From IMG/VR virus record IMGVR_UViG_3300035562_000082, positions 53,595 through 117,594 of that record: a stretch of 64,000 bases of DNA. The stretch is one strand, 5' to 3'. The notes beneath the pieces are model-generated. The model did not search any database. It was not told the origin of the DNA and worked only from the letters and a program-made list of their open reading frames with translations. The translations under genes were made by a program, and so were the position numbers. Shown here in pieces: positions 16,196 through 24,875 of this stretch (position 1 is its first letter; every line of letters starts with the position of its first letter). Source of the DNA: a virus (lineage: Duplodnaviria; Caudoviricetes).

Positions 16196-18268
16196 ATGGC
16201 AATCAAGATCGAGGTCAAAGAACAGGTCAAGCTGCCGGAAAAAACTCAGAAGGCCGAGCCCAAGACGACGTTTATGCCCATGGTAATCGGGGGTGACACG
16301 TATTTGGTGCTCAGTCAGTCAAAGGTCGAGCTTGAGGACGAGTTCGCCAGCCTGTATTACACAACGCAAAATCAGTCAAACATTTTCTTGATGCCGCCGT
16401 TTGATCCCCAGGTGTTGTTGAACTTCGTGCAGACGAACAACGTGCTCAATCAGTGCATCGAGGCCATGGAGGTCAACGTCGATGCCACGGGACATGAGTT
16501 TGTGCCGTCGGAGGAAGCAGCGGCGAAGATCGAAAAAAAGCAGGAGGAGTGGAAAGCCCAGCAGATCAAGAAGCAGACCGATCGAGCTACGAAGGTCGCG
16601 GATTACCATTCAAAGCTGGATCAAGCGAATCATCAGTTTCAGACGGGTGCGACCATGGGCGACGACGCTACGCCTGTGCCCGTGGATTGGCCACCGCCGT
16701 TGGCGTACGAACCGAAATTACCGGACCCAGAGTTTGGAACCGGCATTGACCCCGAGGAGTTGATCAAGGCCAAGGCGTTCTTCAACGAGCCGTATCCCAA
16801 TCTGTCGTTCAGTAAGATCCGGCGGAAGTTGCGGCGAGAGCTTGAGAGCGTGGGCTACGCGTACTTGGAGATCCTACGAAACCTGGAGGGGGAGATCGTG
16901 GGTCTACGGAACATCGAGACCCATCAAACACGGATGGTCAAGCTCGATGCACCGATCATGGTGGAGAAGACCATCAGTCGAAACGGCAAGGACGTGAAGC
17001 TCCAGATGTGGGAACGTCAACGTCGATTTGCCCAACGGGTGGCGCTCAAGCAGCTTGTGTACTACCGGGAGTTTGGGACTGCCCGGCACGTCGATCGAAA
17101 CAACGGTAAGTGGGACATTCCGGCTACTGGGAGTGATTCCGGTTATCAAGTGGCGATCGAGAACCGGGGAACGGAGTTGATTGTCTTCGGCATTCATCCG
17201 GATGTTACGACCCCGTACTTTCTTCCACGGTGGATCAACGAGTTGCCGAGCGTCATTGGCAATCGTAAGGCCGAGGAATTGAATCTTGAGTTCCTGGACA
17301 GCGGGGGCATGCCGCCGGCAATCATCTTCGTGCAGGGCGGAACACTGGCAAAGGACGCGAGCGATCAACTGAAGATGTACCTGTCGGGCAAGAACAAGAA
17401 CAAGCATCGAGCGGTGGTGGTTGAGGCGCAGTCCAGTAGCGGGTCGTTGGAGAGCGCCGGCACCGTGCAGGTGAAGGTCGAGCGCTTTGGCGCCGAGCGT
17501 GCGATGGACGCGATGTTCACGAAGTACGACGCGCAGACCGAAGAGCACATTCGTGTGGGCTTCAGGATCCCGCCGTTGTTCTTGGGCAAGGCCGCTGACT
17601 ACAATTTTGCAACGGCTCAAACGGCGTACATGGTGGCCGAAGAACAGGTGTTTCAGCCTGAGCGCAATGCGTTTGACGAACAGATCAACAGCATGATCAT
17701 CCGCACCATGGGGTTCAAGACCCTGAGGTTCAAGAGCAATCCCGTGACGTTGGCCAGTGCCGCTGATCAGATCAACGCCATGACCCAGGCCAAGGGCACG
17801 GTCACCAACGAGTCGTTCGTGGAGGCCATTGAGGAGATCACGGGGTTTGAGCTTGAGCCCCAGCAGCAACAACAGCCACCGGGAGACCCGCAGGATCAAC
17901 CGCCGCCCAAGCCCGGGATGATGCCCAAGGGACCGAGCGTACAGGGTGGGGCAGTGGGGACCGCCGGGAACATCAGCGGGGCGTCTGATAGTGCAGGGGC
18001 TTTGCAGTCGAACACCGGGACCGCTAAGTACGCGCGGGAAGGTCGATCGGCCACGGAGTTGATTGACCTCGCACAGGACTATATGGCGATGAAGGGCCTG
18101 ACGAAGAAGCGTGACCTGGGGGCCGTCAGACAGGCGCAGGTGACGGTCGAGGTTTCGCGGTTGACCAAGGCCGAGCGCCGGGCGTTTGATTCGCTGGTGG
18201 CCATCAGCACCTACGGACAGGATGATCCGGATCTGGTTCGAGTGGTGGCCCATGCACACAGACGCTGA
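16196..18268 (+). CDS. Portal protein (PBSX-like) with Pro/Gln-rich insertions
   Basis: LESVGYAYLEILRN, YFLPRWI, F-x2-GGMPPAIIFVQGG, FRIPPLFLG...YNFATA...EQVFQPER; first gene of the head module. Confidence 0.85.
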   Translation: MAIKIEVKEQVKLPEKTQKAEPKTTFMPMVIGGDTYLVLSQSKVELEDEFASLYYTTQNQSNIFLMPPFDPQVLLNFVQTNNVLNQCIEAMEVNVDATGHEFVPSEEAAAKIEKKQEEWKAQQIKKQTDRATKVADYHSKLDQANHQFQTGATMGDDATPVPVDWPPPLAYEPKLPDPEFGTGIDPEELIKAKAFFNEPYPNLSFSKIRRKLRRELESVGYAYLEILRNLEGEIVGLRNIETHQTRMVKLDAPIMVEKTISRNGKDVKLQMWERQRRFAQRVALKQLVYYREFGTARHVDRNNGKWDIPATGSDSGYQVAIENRGTELIVFGIHPDVTTPYFLPRWINELPSVIGNRKAEELNLEFLDSGGMPPAIIFVQGGTLAKDASDQLKMYLSGKNKNKHRAVVVEAQSSSGSLESAGTVQVKVERFGAERAMDAMFTKYDAQTEEHIRVGFRIPPLFLGKAADYNFATAQTAYMVAEEQVFQPERNAFDEQINSMIIRTMGFKTLRFKSNPVTLASAADQINAMTQAKGTVTNESFVEAIEEITGFELEPQQQQQPPGDPQDQPPPKPGMMPKGPSVQGGAVGTAGNISGASDSAGALQSNTGTAKYAREGRSATELIDLAQDYMAMKGLTKKRDLGAVRQAQVTVEVSRLTKAERRAFDSLVAISTYGQDDPDLVRVVAHAHRR

Positions 18269-18428
18269 GATCCCGTGTAAGCACTGTGCGCAAGAGTTCT
18301 ACGCGGTTCTTCGGATGTTGGAACGACGGGCTACGTGGCTGGATAAGCTACGGGCTCGTCGGATACCCGGGTATTGGTTGAACTGTGTACGACGTGATCT
18401 GCTTGTGCACGAAACTACGAAGCGTTAG
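18252..18428 (+). CDS. Small hypothetical protein
   Basis: Fills the gap between portal and MuF; CKHC. Confidence 0.4.
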   Translation: MHTDAEIPCKHCAQEFYAVLRMLERRATWLDKLRARRIPGYWLNCVRRDLLVHETTKR

Positions 18429-21400
18429 GTGGATCCCCGAGTACTGCTAAAGCTTGAAGCCGCGTTGGTTCGGCGGTTACGCGCAAGCTGGAAGCGCGAG
18501 AGCACTCCTGTTTACCTGAAGATCCAACAGGCGATCACCGATTGTGATTGGCCCACGGCCGTCCAGCAGGTGTACAAACTGGACATGACGCACGTGGGGG
18601 ATGAGAACCGCGAGTGGATCCGGCATATGCTGCTGTCATTCGCGGTTTTTGGTGCGAAGATGGCGAACAAGCGCGGACCGTTGTTCTTGAACGCCGGTAC
18701 GTATGATCAACGACTCGATCATATTACGGACATCATTTGTCAGTACTTTGAACATCGAGCAACGGCCTTGGTACAAGCCCGGGCATTGCAATCAATTGCC
18801 GAGGCCGAACGCGAGGCCAAGACCCAGGTGGCGTACAAGTTCGAGGAGGACGAAGCCCGGGATGTCCATGGACGCTGGACAGCCGGGGGTCCGTCGTTGT
18901 GGCACAGTGGGCAGTTTGAAGCCCAGATATCTAAGGTCGGTAAGACCTACGACAACAAGGCCGATATGGCGTTGTTGAGTAAACGTGGAGCGACGCTTGA
19001 GAAGAGGTCGTCTAAAATTCAACAGGATTTTGCTTATCAAGACGATAACCCAGAGGGGTTTGATCAAGAACTAGAGAAACTGAATGACCAGTGGACGGCG
19101 GTAGTGCTTGCTCAAGAAGGGCTCAAGCGTTTCCACGATAAACCAACGGAAACGATGTTCATTGCCCGGGACGGGGACCGACTGTCTGGGTTGGCCTATG
19201 GGTTTGTGCGGGGCGATCAAATGGAACTTGATCGTCTGGCGTCGTTTCAACGGGGGGCTGGGAGTAAGCTGTTGGTGGAGTTCGAACAGAATGCGCGCGA
19301 TCGTGGACTACAGTCGGTCGTATTGCACTCAACGCATTATGCTGAGGGGTTTTACACCGCACACGGTTACACGTCCAAGGGCAAGAACAATGAATATGGG
19401 ATTGTGGAGTTCGAGAAAGATCTGACGAAGACCAAGACCGTGAAGAAGATTGATCCAGAAGAAATTGCGTGCTTGGCAGTGCCGGCAGACTGGAAGCCCA
19501 GGGCTATCAAGGGCGATCTGCCAGGGCATGAGTTCCATGGTAATCAATGGACTCAAGCAGCCGGGCAGTTCAAGTACGATCCAGCGGCCAAAGCTTGGAC
19601 AGGGGGAACGGATGTTCAGCATCAGAGATTACGAGATCTACGAGTCCCCCCTGCATGGGCCAACGTCCGCCTTAACCCAGACGCTGACGCTGCTCTTCAA
19701 GCACTCGGAGTTGATGTTAAAGGCCGTACGCAGTACCTGTATAGTGCGGCCCACAGTGAACAAGCGGCGGCCGAAAAGTTTCAGCGGCTGAAGGACTTCA
19801 ATGCCGTAGCACCGAAGGCCATCAAGCAGGCGTTGGCCGATATGCAGAACAAACAACTGGCGTCGGAGAAGCGAGATGCGGCGGCCGTGGTGTACCTGAT
19901 TGGCAAGACCGGACTGCGTGTGGGATCGGACGCGGAGACCGGGGGTGCGGTCAAGGCCCATGGGGCAACGACGTTGTTGGGCCAGCACGTGACGTTGCTG
20001 GGCGATAAACTGTCGTTGGATTTCGTGGGTAAGAAGGGCGTGCAGATTCACAAGGAGTTGACGGACCCAAAGCTCGCACAGTATTTGAAGGGCAAGGTCA
20101 AGTCCATGGGCGATCGGTTGTTCAACACCACCGACAGTGCTGTACGAACGTATCTCAAGGACATCACGGGCGATCAGTTCAAGGTCAAGGACTTCCGGAC
20201 ATGGCACGGCACGTCCACGGCACTCCAGGAGTTGAAGGACCGACCGGTGCCGAAGACCGCCACGGAGTTCAAACGTGTTGTGTCGGAGGTTGCCAAGGTC
20301 GTGGCCAAGCACTTGGGTAACACTCCCGCTGTGGCGAAGAGCGCGTACATCGATCCGGCGGTTTGGGGTGGTTGGGGCGGGAAGTTCGCGGTGACCAAGC
20401 AGGAGGTTGATCAACCGTTGATAGACGAGTTCCTGGACACCCATCAGTACGATCAAACTGGAAACTGGCGGCTTTTGCCTGATGTTGAGGAAGAGGATCT
20501 GGAAAGCGCAATTAAAGACGACATGGGCAGTGCTGATCTTCAAACGGCGGGCGCACTCAATCCCATGCAGGCCCAAGCTCCGGTACAGAGCCGACGATCG
20601 TTGAGAAGACGCAGGCGACGCAAGGGCGAGACCAGGACGCTGTACGTCCATCGACCGGTGATCAACGGTCAGACGATTGTTGATTGGGCGAAGACCCAGG
20701 GATTTGAAACGTGTTTACCACTGGAGAAAATGCATGTCACAATCGCCTACAGCAAGCAGCCGGTGGACTGGAACGCCATGGGTGATGCTGACACCCGTAA
20801 TCTGCACGTGGATGATCAGGACGACCGCGAGGTCAAACCCTTGGGTAGCGATGGAGCGGTGGTGCTCAAGTTCGTGTCCAAGAAACTCCACGATCGGTGG
20901 AAACACCTGTGTGGCGCGGGAGCATCTTGGGATTACGAGGGTTACCAGCCACACGTTACCATCACTTGGGAAGCCCCGAAAGGACTTGAGTTATCAACGG
21001 TTGAGCCGTACACAGGACCGATTGACCTCGGCCCAGAACAGTTTGAAGAACTTGATGAAGATTGGGGGGACAAGGTAGTTGAGAAGGCCGATGAGACCGG
21101 TCGGTATGTGACGCCGTTTACGTCGTTCGCCGATGAAGGTGAAGGACTGGTGCAGATGGTCAGCAGTTTGAACAGCAGTCGCATGGCCACCTGGGGGTTC
21201 ACGGCCGAGGCCGATCAACTGGGGGTTGGACGTTATCGGTTGACGGCCGTCCTCGATGGGCGTACTAGTGAGTTCTGTCGGATAATCGACGGCCGGGTGT
21301 TTGACGTTGACGACGCACGACGCAAGGTCAATGAGGTACTGGCGGTTCAGGACCCGTCGGATCTTGAGCAGGTGCAGCCATGGCCTGATCAATCGAAGGC

Positions 21401-22955
21401 CGCGATTGCTGAGTACGAAGGTATGTCCGACGATGATCTTGTAGCCCTGGGATTGAACATTCCGCCATTTCACCCAAACGCAGTTTTTGCTGGGACTACG
21501 TTTGTTAGTTATGGGGCGTTAGATGAAATGATCGGGGCTGACTATCATGGTCCCGCGATTTTGATTAAAACCTCTGAGGGTGCAGAGTTTACCATCGGCC
21601 CTAATCACCCGATACTTACACAGTGTGGAATGCGGTTGGCTAATTGCTTGTGTGAAGGCGATTACTTGGTCTACGACACTAGGGTGGAAATGTTTGATTT
21701 TATTTCCAGTGGCCGATCCAATTCTAATTTCAAGAACGTTCCATTCGTTGAGGATGCTTTTGAGTCGTTGTTGCCGATGGGCAAATTGACGCGGGTTGCC
21801 GCTACCACTGACGATTTCCATGGCGACGGGGTATTCTGTGAGGGTGAAATCCAGATTGTAATTCCTGCAAACCGTTTGTTGTTTAAATTTGATTCCTTGG
21901 GCGTTGAGCATTTCCGAGAGTATGGTTTCATTAAACCCAATGCCTCTTTGGCTAATGTATCTACTGATGGCTCTGGCTACCCTGACATCGAGCCCATCTA
22001 TTTGTCCGCGCCGGGCAGCGTGGGCAGCAGATTGGCGGGTGTGTTTAGACTCCATCGAGTAGTGAGTGTAACGCGAACACAATATAAAGGTAAAGCATTT
22101 GATGCTACAACTGCCTCTGGTGTTTACAACTGTGACGGATTTGTAGTAAGTAACTGTCGTACGATGTGCGAAATGGTGGACGCCGATGAGGGTGAGCCCG
22201 AGGAGTTGGCGGTGACCGGCCCGTTGGACAAACAGCAGTCAACGGCCGAGGATTTTGCGGCCGTGGGGGTAGAGGTCACGGACGATCAGCTTGCGTATTG
22301 GAATGACGCTGTGGGGTTAGATCCTCAAAAGGCGTTGGAAACGATGTTCGCGGGTGATGTAGAGGCGTTGACCGCCAAGCTTGATGAAGGACAGGATCCA
22401 ATTGATGTAGACGAGGGTGGGAGTATCAGCTTTGTGGCCGCAGGCGATCTCGGAGACGGTACGTACGATCTTCAGAGTGTGTTCGATCCGTTTACCGGCA
22501 CGTTGTATTTGACCGACGCGGATTTCACGACCACCGATCCTCAGGTGGTGGCGGAGTTCATCAGCCGGGTGTTCGACGGCATGATCGACACCGGGATGTC
22601 CGCTGGGGCAACGGCCTTGGCCATTGACGTGGGGGATTCCGCGTATGAGTACGCGAAGATGGGTTTCAGACCCGATCCTGGTGATTGGGAGGACATACGG
22701 GGTAACGCCATGGACGCCCTGCAAAGCGGGGATCTCCAAGAGGTGTTCGACAGCCTGGACGATGATCAAAAGAATCAGGTGTTGAATACCTTGAACAACC
22801 CGGACGAACATGCGGTGCAGGATCTGGCGAACTTGCCGATTGAATTTCAAGGGCAGTCCGTGGGAGAATTGATATTGCAATCGGTGTCCGGGCAGTTCAC
22901 GTTGGATCTGACGGACGATGATGCGGTTGAGCAGGCAAAGAGCTATTTTGAGTGA
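18429..22955 (+). CDS. MuF (SPP1 gp7-like) head morphogenesis polyprotein: GNAT, topoisomerase IB, Acb1-like 2H phosphodiesterase, intein-split MuF, acidic C-terminal domain
   Basis: GNAT QRGAGSKLL...AEGFYTAHGY; TopIB GRTQYLY, GLRVG, KDFRTW, HLGNTPAVAKSAYIDP; 2H HVTIAYS and HVTITW; MuF LDGRTSEFC...PPFHPN/CRT. Confidence 0.88.
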   Translation: MDPRVLLKLEAALVRRLRASWKRESTPVYLKIQQAITDCDWPTAVQQVYKLDMTHVGDENREWIRHMLLSFAVFGAKMANKRGPLFLNAGTYDQRLDHITDIICQYFEHRATALVQARALQSIAEAEREAKTQVAYKFEEDEARDVHGRWTAGGPSLWHSGQFEAQISKVGKTYDNKADMALLSKRGATLEKRSSKIQQDFAYQDDNPEGFDQELEKLNDQWTAVVLAQEGLKRFHDKPTETMFIARDGDRLSGLAYGFVRGDQMELDRLASFQRGAGSKLLVEFEQNARDRGLQSVVLHSTHYAEGFYTAHGYTSKGKNNEYGIVEFEKDLTKTKTVKKIDPEEIACLAVPADWKPRAIKGDLPGHEFHGNQWTQAAGQFKYDPAAKAWTGGTDVQHQRLRDLRVPPAWANVRLNPDADAALQALGVDVKGRTQYLYSAAHSEQAAAEKFQRLKDFNAVAPKAIKQALADMQNKQLASEKRDAAAVVYLIGKTGLRVGSDAETGGAVKAHGATTLLGQHVTLLGDKLSLDFVGKKGVQIHKELTDPKLAQYLKGKVKSMGDRLFNTTDSAVRTYLKDITGDQFKVKDFRTWHGTSTALQELKDRPVPKTATEFKRVVSEVAKVVAKHLGNTPAVAKSAYIDPAVWGGWGGKFAVTKQEVDQPLIDEFLDTHQYDQTGNWRLLPDVEEEDLESAIKDDMGSADLQTAGALNPMQAQAPVQSRRSLRRRRRRKGETRTLYVHRPVINGQTIVDWAKTQGFETCLPLEKMHVTIAYSKQPVDWNAMGDADTRNLHVDDQDDREVKPLGSDGAVVLKFVSKKLHDRWKHLCGAGASWDYEGYQPHVTITWEAPKGLELSTVEPYTGPIDLGPEQFEELDEDWGDKVVEKADETGRYVTPFTSFADEGEGLVQMVSSLNSSRMATWGFTAEADQLGVGRYRLTAVLDGRTSEFCRIIDGRVFDVDDARRKVNEVLAVQDPSDLEQVQPWPDQSKAAIAEYEGMSDDDLVALGLNIPPFHPNAVFAGTTFVSYGALDEMIGADYHGPAILIKTSEGAEFTIGPNHPILTQCGMRLANCLCEGDYLVYDTRVEMFDFISSGRSNSNFKNVPFVEDAFESLLPMGKLTRVAATTDDFHGDGVFCEGEIQIVIPANRLLFKFDSLGVEHFREYGFIKPNASLANVSTDGSGYPDIEPIYLSAPGSVGSRLAGVFRLHRVVSVTRTQYKGKAFDATTASGVYNCDGFVVSNCRTMCEMVDADEGEPEELAVTGPLDKQQSTAEDFAAVGVEVTDDQLAYWNDAVGLDPQKALETMFAGDVEALTAKLDEGQDPIDVDEGGSISFVAAGDLGDGTYDLQSVFDPFTGTLYLTDADFTTTDPQVVAEFISRVFDGMIDTGMSAGATALAIDVGDSAYEYAKMGFRPDPGDWEDIRGNAMDALQSGDLQEVFDSLDDDQKNQVLNTLNNPDEHAVQDLANLPIEFQGQSVGELILQSVSGQFTLDLTDDDAVEQAKSYFE
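21480..22154 (+). mobile_element. Intein (225 aa, Ala1, ends Ser-Asn, Cys+1) inserted in the MuF HPN|CR motif
   Basis: Removing AVFAGT...FVVSN restores PPFHPNCRT; block B TIGPNHPILT; block F/G YKGKAFDATT...VVSN/C; AT-richer than flanks. Confidence 0.88.
21519..22082 (-). CDS. DUF559/Vsr-like PD-(D/E)XK endonuclease nested antisense within the intein
   Basis: ETILSEMLNAQGIKFKQQ...YNLDF...VAMEIVSG...RLKSILNEWNVLEI follows the E...Q...Y-x-x-DF...A-x-E...W-x-V pattern; ORF lies wholly inside the intein; alternative ATG at 22055. Confidence 0.65.
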   Translation of the reverse strand: MCSRYTHYSMESKHTRQSAAHAARRGQIDGLDVRVARAISRYISQRGIGFNETILSEMLNAQGIKFKQQTVCRNYNLDFTLTEYPVAMEIVSGSGNPRQFAHRQQRLKSILNEWNVLEIRIGSATGNKIKHFHPSVVDQVIAFTQAISQPHSTLCKYRVIRADGKLCTLRGFNQNRGTMIVSPDHFI

Positions 22956-22958
22956 TGG

Positions 22959-23261
22959 ATGGATCAGTTGAGGCCCGTGGACATTGACGTTGGAAAGCGC
23001 CGTACGTGGTCGATCGAGGGCGTGACGGTTCCACTGACGTTGGTGGGCGGGTTGTTGCTGCAAACGGCGTTTTTTGCTTTCTGGCTTAGTGGATTGTCCT
23101 CGGATGTCAAGACCTTGACCAAGAACCAAGATAAGGCGGATGTGCTGGTGTATAAACAATCGGATGCCACAAAGGACCTTGCGGTCAGGGATCAACGCCT
23201 TACAGACCTGGAGCGTCGGGTTCGGGACCTGGAGCAGATTGCGGATGGGAGAAAGCACTGA
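22959..23261 (+). CDS. Single-TM membrane protein with coiled coil (holin/antiholin-like)
   Basis: Hydrophobic LTLVGGLLLQTAFFAFWLSGL followed by a coiled coil; precedes a spanin pair. Confidence 0.55.
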   Translation: MDQLRPVDIDVGKRRTWSIEGVTVPLTLVGGLLLQTAFFAFWLSGLSSDVKTLTKNQDKADVLVYKQSDATKDLAVRDQRLTDLERRVRDLEQIADGRKH

Positions 23262-23833
23262 TGGAACAACAGGAGTTGAAGCGCAGCCGGTGGCTGGAGA
23301 TGCTGGGTCCTGTGGTGTTGGCCTTGGGCGTTGGGGCCTTTGGTAGCTTTTTTGTGGCGAATAGCATCAACGAAAGTAAGCTATCGTCTTCGGACAGAAC
23401 ATGGAAAGACAAACTTGAGGTGGAGCGCGGGGCTTATCAATCCAAGATCGATAAACTAGAGGCCACGATCAAGGCCCAGGAGGAACGGCATGAGCAGGAT
23501 AAGACGGAGCAGCATCGGCATTTGGATGCTTTTAATACTAAGTTTGTTCGGATGCGCGACGGCTTCGAAAAAGAACTTGCCGCCAGCCGAGCCGGAGGAA
23601 CAGCCTGTACCAGCCGACTTGATGGAATCGCCGAAAACGTTAGAACCCTCTTCGGACTTGTTGAAGAAGGAGATGGATTACGAGCAGAAGCAGAGGGACT
23701 ACGAAAAACGGCGATTGCAAGAGTTGGAGATCTTGAGAAAGAAAATCGAGTCCTTGCCGACAAAATCGCCAGATTCCAACAGTGGGAGCGCGAGCGAACC
23801 ACCAAAATAGTGGTGACCGGGAAGAAGAAATGA
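23261..23833 (+). CDS. Inner-membrane spanin-like protein (Rz-like), copy 1
   Basis: N-terminal TM, long coiled coil, nested lipoprotein ORF. Confidence 0.65.
   Translation: MEQQELKRSRWLEMLGPVVLALGVGAFGSFFVANSINESKLSSSDRTWKDKLEVERGAYQSKIDKLEATIKAQEERHEQDKTEQHRHLDAFNTKFVRMRDGFEKELAASRAGGTACTSRLDGIAENVRTLFGLVEEGDGLRAEAEGLRKTAIARVGDLEKENRVLADKIARFQQWERERTTKIVVTGKKK
23490..23810 (+). CDS. Embedded outer-membrane lipoprotein spanin (Rz1-like), copy 1
   Basis: AGGAGG RBS; MSRIRRSSIGIWMLLILSLFG/C lipobox; Pro-rich; +1 frame inside the Rz-like gene. Confidence 0.65.
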   Translation: MSRIRRSSIGIWMLLILSLFGCATASKKNLPPAEPEEQPVPADLMESPKTLEPSSDLLKKEMDYEQKQRDYEKRRLQELEILRKKIESLPTKSPDSNSGSASEPPK

Positions 23834-24138
23834 TGGGTCGTAGGGTTCAACCGAATGCCGATGGGTGGTTGCCGAATTTGGAGCCCGGTGATTACGGACG
23901 CATTGCAGAGGCCCATCGTGCGGCGTACGTTGGTCGTTCTGATTGGCACGGTTGTACTCCCAATGGGCACTTGTGCAATCTTGGAGGCCACGAGGTCGTG
24001 GAACATGAGGACGGAACGATCACCGCCAGTCCGTCGATCCTGGTCAGCAGCAGTCGATGGGACGAACAACAGCAGACCATGGTGAGGTTCCAGGCGTGGC
24101 ATGGGTATCTTGAGAAGGGAATTTGGAGGGAAGTATGA
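23830..24138 (+). CDS. DUF6527-like protein
   Basis: HEDGTITASPSIL...WHGYLEKGIW. Confidence 0.5.
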   Translation: MMGRRVQPNADGWLPNLEPGDYGRIAEAHRAAYVGRSDWHGCTPNGHLCNLGGHEVVEHEDGTITASPSILVSSSRWDEQQQTMVRFQAWHGYLEKGIWREV

Positions 24139-24416
24139 GTGTTTATGTGGACGATATGAAAGCCAAGTTTGGGCGGATGATCATGTGCCACATGATCGCC
24201 GATGACGATCAAGAACTGCGGGCTATGGCCGATAAGATAGGGGTGGCCCAGCGCTGGCACCAGGGCGATCACTTTGACATCTGCTTGGCCAAGCGTGCGT
24301 TGGCCGTGCAGTTTGGGGCAAAGGAGATCACATGGCGCGAGGCCGGGAAAATCATCATGGCCAGGAGGCGCGCAAATGCAGTTGCTGGAGTTGGAACCCC
24401 AGTTTCTACGGTATGA
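24135..24416 (+). CDS. DUF4031 family protein
   Basis: VYVDD...MCHMIAD...EL-x-AMA-x-KIG...WHQGDHFDI...R-x-LAV-x-x-GA. Confidence 0.8.
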   Translation: MSVYVDDMKAKFGRMIMCHMIADDDQELRAMADKIGVAQRWHQGDHFDICLAKRALAVQFGAKEITWREAGKIIMARRRANAVAGVGTPVSTV

Positions 24417-24717
24417 CAAACGTGAAAACGGTGTGCACTTGGTGCACGTCGAGTCATTGACCGAGGCCGATGGTATCTTTTTTGTCTGTCCGAAGTGCTT
24501 TGCGGCCAATGGCGGCAGTCGAATTGGTGTACACGGAGTGATCTGTTGGTTTGAAGACCGGGTACCGGATGACGCACGGCCTGGGCCGGGAAGATGGAAG
24601 CCCCAGGGAACGGGTTATGTTGATTTGTCGTTTGTTCCGGGCAAGCACAGCAACAGCGTGCGGTTGACCGCTGGTTGTGCATGGCACGGGTTTGTACAGA
24701 ACGGACAAGCCACATGA
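24376..24717 (+). CDS. DUF6527-like Cys/His protein
   Basis: FVCPKC...H...SV-x4-GCAWHGFVQNG; AGGAGG RBS. Confidence 0.5.
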   Translation: MQLLELEPQFLRYDKRENGVHLVHVESLTEADGIFFVCPKCFAANGGSRIGVHGVICWFEDRVPDDARPGPGRWKPQGTGYVDLSFVPGKHSNSVRLTAGCAWHGFVQNGQAT

Positions 24718-24875
24718 AGATCAGGCCGATCACGATCTTGAACAGCCGTAAAAAGACCAAGCAGGTCCTTCAATACCTGTTGAAAAAGCGGCCGGTTAAG
24801 CACTGAGGTTGTTCGGCAGTTGAGCAGGCCGTAAACTCCCGGCAATTGATTGCCAGACTATTAGGGGGGAATTAT

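Noticed and set aside
16904-18259. 451 aa minus-strand ORF (likewise 19638-20651, 22317-23258, 36546-37475, 26745-27506)
   Set aside because: Antisense shadows of GC-biased real genes with no recognisable motifs, unlike the intein-nested ORF
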